A stretch of DNA of 63,754 nucleotides, counting the filler, from Blastocystis sp. subtype 4 (lineage: Eukaryota): the NCBI RefSeq assembly GCF_000743755.1. It is 3 parts of 3 records of this genome, joined end to end, with 100 filler letters (N's around TTAATTAATTAA, not from the genome) between each part and the next. Parts side by side here need not be neighbours in the genome. Positions count along the whole stretch, not along the records: positions 44,146 to 63,754 come from NW_014569340.1; 2 more parts are not named here. One strand, written 5' to 3'. Below are positions 62,543 to 63,754 of the stretch, piece by piece. A model generated the notes under the pieces. It worked only from the letters and a program-made list of their open reading frames with translations. It was not told where the DNA came from and searched no databases. Within the stretch, counting starts at the first letter, position 1, and each line of letters starts with the position of its first letter. The position numbers were made by a program, and so were the translations under genes.

Positions 62543-63754
62543 AAAGAGGATGTAACGCAATATCAATATAATTTATTGTACTCAGATAATCTTCTATTGG
62601 AGCATCAGGAGTATTGTTAAACCAGTCAACTACACTTTGGTAGTACTGACCAATATTTGGATCCGTGCTCATCAATTCATCGAGACGTTCTTTCAACTCA
62701 TTTATCTTTTGTGAACAAAGGTTCCGGCTCTGTAAGCGATCATTGTTCTTCATCATCGCTTGTGTTTCCTTGCGTTCTTTGGCTGTCGATCCTCGATTCT
62801 TTAATATTGTAGGTCTAGCTGGAACATTGTTACAGAAGGCTTTGAAGGATACTTGACAGAAAGGATCTACTGTCACTGTTAAATCCACTTTCACTTCTCC
62901 TTTTGGCTTTCGAGGAATAGTATCAAATACAAGCTGTTGATATTCATCATTCTCAGAGTATTTCATTGAATTACCTTGAGCAATATCAAGTGTGATCATC
63001 TCTTGATAATCAACTATTGTCTGATATCGAGTGATCTTCTTGAATGGAAGTCTGGCTCCTTTAGGAACAACAATATCCACTTCATCATTAGGAAGCTTCA
63101 CAACATACTGCATGGGCGAAATGTCGTGAATATCAACAGTAATCTCATTGGCATAATCAGGAACAACAACACTATTGAACGGATAAGAAGATCGTTCAGA
63201 CAATGGAATGATATCCGTTTGTATGGTTGAAGGATCCACTGCACTGATAACACCATAAGTAATATCATTCATTCCACAAACCATGTTGTGACCAGCTTTC
63301 TGACATACAAAACACATTGCACCTCGAGCTACTGCTTCATCTGGATTGATAGTAGCCTTCACTTCTCGACCACCAAAGAATGAAGTCATTGCATCACGAA
63401 CAGCAGGAATTCGAGAACTACCTCCTATCATAATCACTTCATCAATATCCTTTGGAATCATTCCTGCTTGGGATAAACAATCCTTCACAACAACTGTGGA
63501 GCGTTCGACGAGGTCCTCAGTAGCTAGATTGAAATCTTCTCTTGTGACTCCAATAGTGGACAATTCAATGTTCAAGTCACTCAAATCGATCTCATGGTAT
63601 TCATTAATAGAGAGACCCAGTTTAGCTTCTTCAGCTTGGGCGCGAAGACTCGCTATCATCTTCTCAGTCAATTCAATTTCACCAACTTCTTCTTTGATAG
63701 AATCTAGAAGCCATTCATAAAGACGATTAGTGAAGTCAATTCCACCCAAATGAG
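62543..63754 (-). CDS. Divergent Hsp70-family protein, 5' partial (stop predicted to be created by polyadenylation)
   Basis: LGGIDF, AEEAKLGLS, DEVIMIGGSSRIPAV, INPDEAVARGA. In-frame T at 62543 lies 5 nt before TGTTTGTA (62538-62531). Confidence 0.88.

Overview
Compact, intron-dense eukaryotic nuclear DNA, AT-rich, almost certainly from the gut stramenopile Blastocystis. This is an inference from the ~30-nt introns, the very short intergenic spacers, the TGTTTGTT motif at most 3' ends and several genes for a genome-bearing mitochondrion-related organelle. I reconstructed about 35 protein-coding genes by hand. They include three copies of a large surface-protein family, three small HSPs, a TRIC channel, SKP1, a Rad21/Rec8 kleisin, DHX33, DDX59 and DDX10 helicases, a BET-like bromodomain protein, a papain-like protease, an mRNA guanylyltransferase, FPGS, histone H3, an RNase II/RNB protein, a 10.6-kb BEACH gene and a divergent Hsp70. 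Main observations: (1) At least five genes have no stop codon at their apparent end; an in-frame T sits exactly 5 nt upstream of TGTTTGT(T/A), so polyadenylation would create UAA. In the TRIC gene this exposes a C-terminal KxKxx ER-retrieval signal. (2) Four 40-44-nt U12-type introns (three AT-AC, one AT-AG) are needed to keep reading frames or conserved motifs intact. (3) A small TOPORS-like RING protein is fused to a Hub1/UBL5-binding HIND motif. (4) Other candidates are palindromic promoter elements, membrane-anchored sHSPs, apparent segmental gene conversion between surface-protein paralogs, and a hidden 91-aa gene. Two N-gaps carrying a TTAATTAATTAA linker are artificial joins. Gene spans include introns, and start codons are best estimates.
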